In this document: positions 61,161 to 64,000 of the stretch, in pieces
How the letters are laid out: every line of letters starts with the position of its first letter
Numbering within the stretch: the first letter of the stretch is position 1
Assembly (NCBI RefSeq): GCF_009914755.1
Contig: NC_060948.1
Length of the DNA: 64,000 nt
Strand: one strand, 5' to 3'
Source: the human T2T-CHM13v2.0 reference genome, Homo sapiens
The notes under the pieces: model-generated
The model's input: the letters and a program-made list of their open reading frames with translations, nothing else
Database searches by the model: none
What the model was told of the DNA's origin: nothing
Translations under genes and position numbers: made by a program

Positions 61161-64000
61161 TCCTAACCCTAAACCTAACTGTAACAATAACCTTAACCCA
61201 ACCCCTACCCCTAAACCTAACCCAAAAACCCTAAATCTAACAGCAAGCCTAAACTCCAACCTCAACCCCAACATCAACACTATGCCTAAATTTACTTAAT
61301 GCCTAACCCCTCAAACAAACCAAAAACCAAAACCCAACCCCAACCCTAAATCCTAATGCTAACCCCTGAACCTGACCCTGACCCTGATAATAACCATAAC
61401 CCAGCAGCAACCCAATCACACCATGAACTGAACCCAAAACGCAACCATAAACCCAAAACCCTAACCCCAAAAAACTAACCCTAACCATAAAACAATAACT
61501 AACCCATCTCTACCAATACTCCCTTAAAACCTAATACTAGCACTAAAATCCTACCCCTAACACTAACCATAACCCCTAACACCTAATTCTAACCCTAGCC
61601 ACTAAACCTGAATCCTGAACCTGACTCTAACCTAAGACTGACACTAACCTATAATGCTAACCCTAACTCCCTAATTCTAGCCCTAATCATTACCCTAAAC
61701 CTACACTTACACCAACCTCAACCCCAAAGCCAAACATAACCCTGTTACCTAAACCCAATCCATAACATTAGCACTAATCCTTAGACCAACCCTAAACCTA
61801 AACCTAAAACTAACCCCTAGCCCTGAGCCGAACCACTAACAATGACTTTGACCCTAATGTGTTACCCAAATATCTACCCTAACGATAAACCTAACACTAA
61901 CCCTAACCAATAATCCTAACCCTAACTGTAATCATATTGAACATAACCTTAACCCCTTAACCTAAATCTAAACACTAACAATAACCAAAATCGTAAAGCC
62001 TAACCCCACAACCATCCTATCTCTAACAATAACCTTATACAATAATTCTAAACTTAACCCTAATCCTAACCCCAGGCTCTCACCATAAACCAAGACCCAG
62101 AACCCCAAACTCAATAAAAGCCCAAACACTAACAATAAGCCCAAACCCTAACACTAAACCCTGAGACTAATCCTAACTCCTAGAACTAACCCTAATCTTA
62201 AACCCTAACCAAAACCATCTAACCCTAACAATAACCCTAAACCTACAACTTACCATAATCGATAACCTAATCCTAACCCTTACCCTAAATACTAATCCTA
62301 ATGCCTAACCCTAATCCTAACCTTGAAACCCTAACCCCAAACAAAGCCATAATCCTTAAATGAAACTCTAACTATAAAACCCTAAAACACTAAACATAAC
62401 CCTGACCCCAACACATAAGCCTAACAGTAACCTTAACCGTAATTGCAAAACCATAAAAACTGAACCCTAACACTAAAACTAAACTAAGTCTAAACCTAAC
62501 CATAAAATAAAACCTAAGGCATGACCCAAATCCTAAAGCCTGAAAACTAACCATAACCCTAACCCTAAAACATAAAGGCTAACCATAACTCTTAACCCTC
62601 ATCCTAACCACCAAATCCAACCCTAGCCCCTAACACTAATCCTATCACAAATGCTAATCCCTAACACTAATCCTAAACTCTAATGCTCATCATGAATCAT
62701 AACTCTAATCTGTAACCTAAATTTCAACCTTAAATCCTAACCCTAAGCCTACACCTTAACCCAACACTAACTGTAACCCCTATCCTTAATCCAAACCTAA
62801 CACTAACCCTAAATTTTAACCCTGACAGTAAGCCTAAAACTAACCCTAATCCCAAACATAACCCTTACCCCAATGCTAACCCTGATACCCTAACTTTAAC
62901 CCTACACCTACACCAACACCAATCCCAATCATAAACCTAAACCATACCCTCCCTTAAACACAGGACAAACCCTAACCCCTAACCCTAATATTAAAAATTA
63001 AACCCAAGTTTTACCCCAGCCCCAACACTAGCCCAAATCTTAACCCATAACCACAACCCTAACAATAGCCAAACAAAAACAAAAAGCCCAAAACCAACCA
63101 AAACACTAATACTAAACCCCAACCCTAACCCTAACCCCTGATCCAAACCCTAAACCCTAATACTAAACCAAACACGTAACCACAACGCTAAAACTGAACC
63201 TAAGGTTTATCCTAAACATAAGAATTATTCTGAATCCTAAACCTAAGATTAACCCTAAGACAATAACCCAAAACCTAACTCTAATGCCTAAACCTAACTT
63301 TAATTCTAACTGTAAAATACAAAATCTGAAAACACTAAAAATAACTTTAACTGCATCCCCTAATGCTTACACTAATAATAACCAAAAACCCCTAATCTTA
63401 ACACTAATACTAACATAATCCTAACATAATCTTAACCCTAGCAATAAAACCAAACCATAACTCTTGCACAGAACATTAAACCAAAACTGTAATATTTACC
63501 CTAACCCCTAAGCCAACCCCTACCCCTAAACCTAGACCAAAACCCTAATCCAAACTAACCCTAAACCATAAACCTAACCTTAATCTTTGCCCCAACCCTA
63601 GAAATACCTTAATGCTAACCCTAACTGTAAATGCTAATCGCTAACCCTAACACTTAACTGACCCCTAAACCATAAACCCTAACCCTACTCCTAAACTCTA
63701 AACCCAACCCTAATATAATGCTAACCATGACAACTAACCCTAACCCTATCCCAGCCCTAACAGTCATGCCAGCCCTAAATCCAAAACCTTAACCATATTC
63801 CTAACAGTAAAACTTACAACTAACCATAACCATAAACATAAATGCTAAATGCTAACCCTAACACTAAGCTTAAACCCCAATCCTCAGCTCCGAACCTGAA
63901 CCTAAATGTAACCCTAAACAGTAATCCTAATGGTAAATTCTAACCCTAAACCTTAACCAAACACTAACCCTAACACAATCCCTTTAACACTTACCCTCAA
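61161..64000 (+). repeat. Degenerate telomere-like (CCCTAA)n array, at least 2.8 kb, continuing beyond the window
   Basis: 6-bp periodicity of CCCTAA with abundant variants (CACTAA, CCATAA, ACCTAA, TCCTAA, CCCTGA). Rarely more than 2-3 perfect units in a row. Confidence 0.95.

Noticed and set aside
61161-64000. A true functional telomere, or a PN-repeat protein (ORF 61003-61299)
   Set aside because: The repeats are too degenerate and have the wrong polarity for a right-hand chromosome end; the peptide is just the repeat translation.

Overview
This is AT-rich, CpG-depleted primate (most likely human) genomic DNA with the hallmarks of a Y-chromosome ampliconic region. No intact protein-coding gene, RNA gene or CRISPR array is supported. 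From left to right: old L1 remnants (to ~3.7 kb); a disabled CDY chromodomain/crotonase-fold pseudogene (4054-5710, +); nested MER21/MER52 LTRs; and a ~36 kb patchwork (8.8-44.6 kb) of MER61/HUERS-P3-like class I ERV fragments in alternating orientation. A two-LTR HERV-K(HML-3) provirus (20499-26568, perfect 6-bp TSD) is inserted into that patchwork. Further right are a PRY pseudogene terminal exon (-, ~48.7-49.7 kb), an internally deleted HERV-K(HML-5) provirus (49851-53592), solo LTRs, about 15 Alus, unassigned exon-like segments (59.5-61.1 kb) and a highly degenerate (CCCTAA)n array running off the right edge. The most unusual signals are: a PBS-like direct repeat built into the U5 end of the LTRs of two unrelated ERV classes; the retained CDY1-type intron and second exon in the pseudogene; inversion/recombination structure within the ERV cluster; and the polarity and mutation spectrum of the telomere-like array. 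Family names come from recalled consensus sequences and were not checked against databases.
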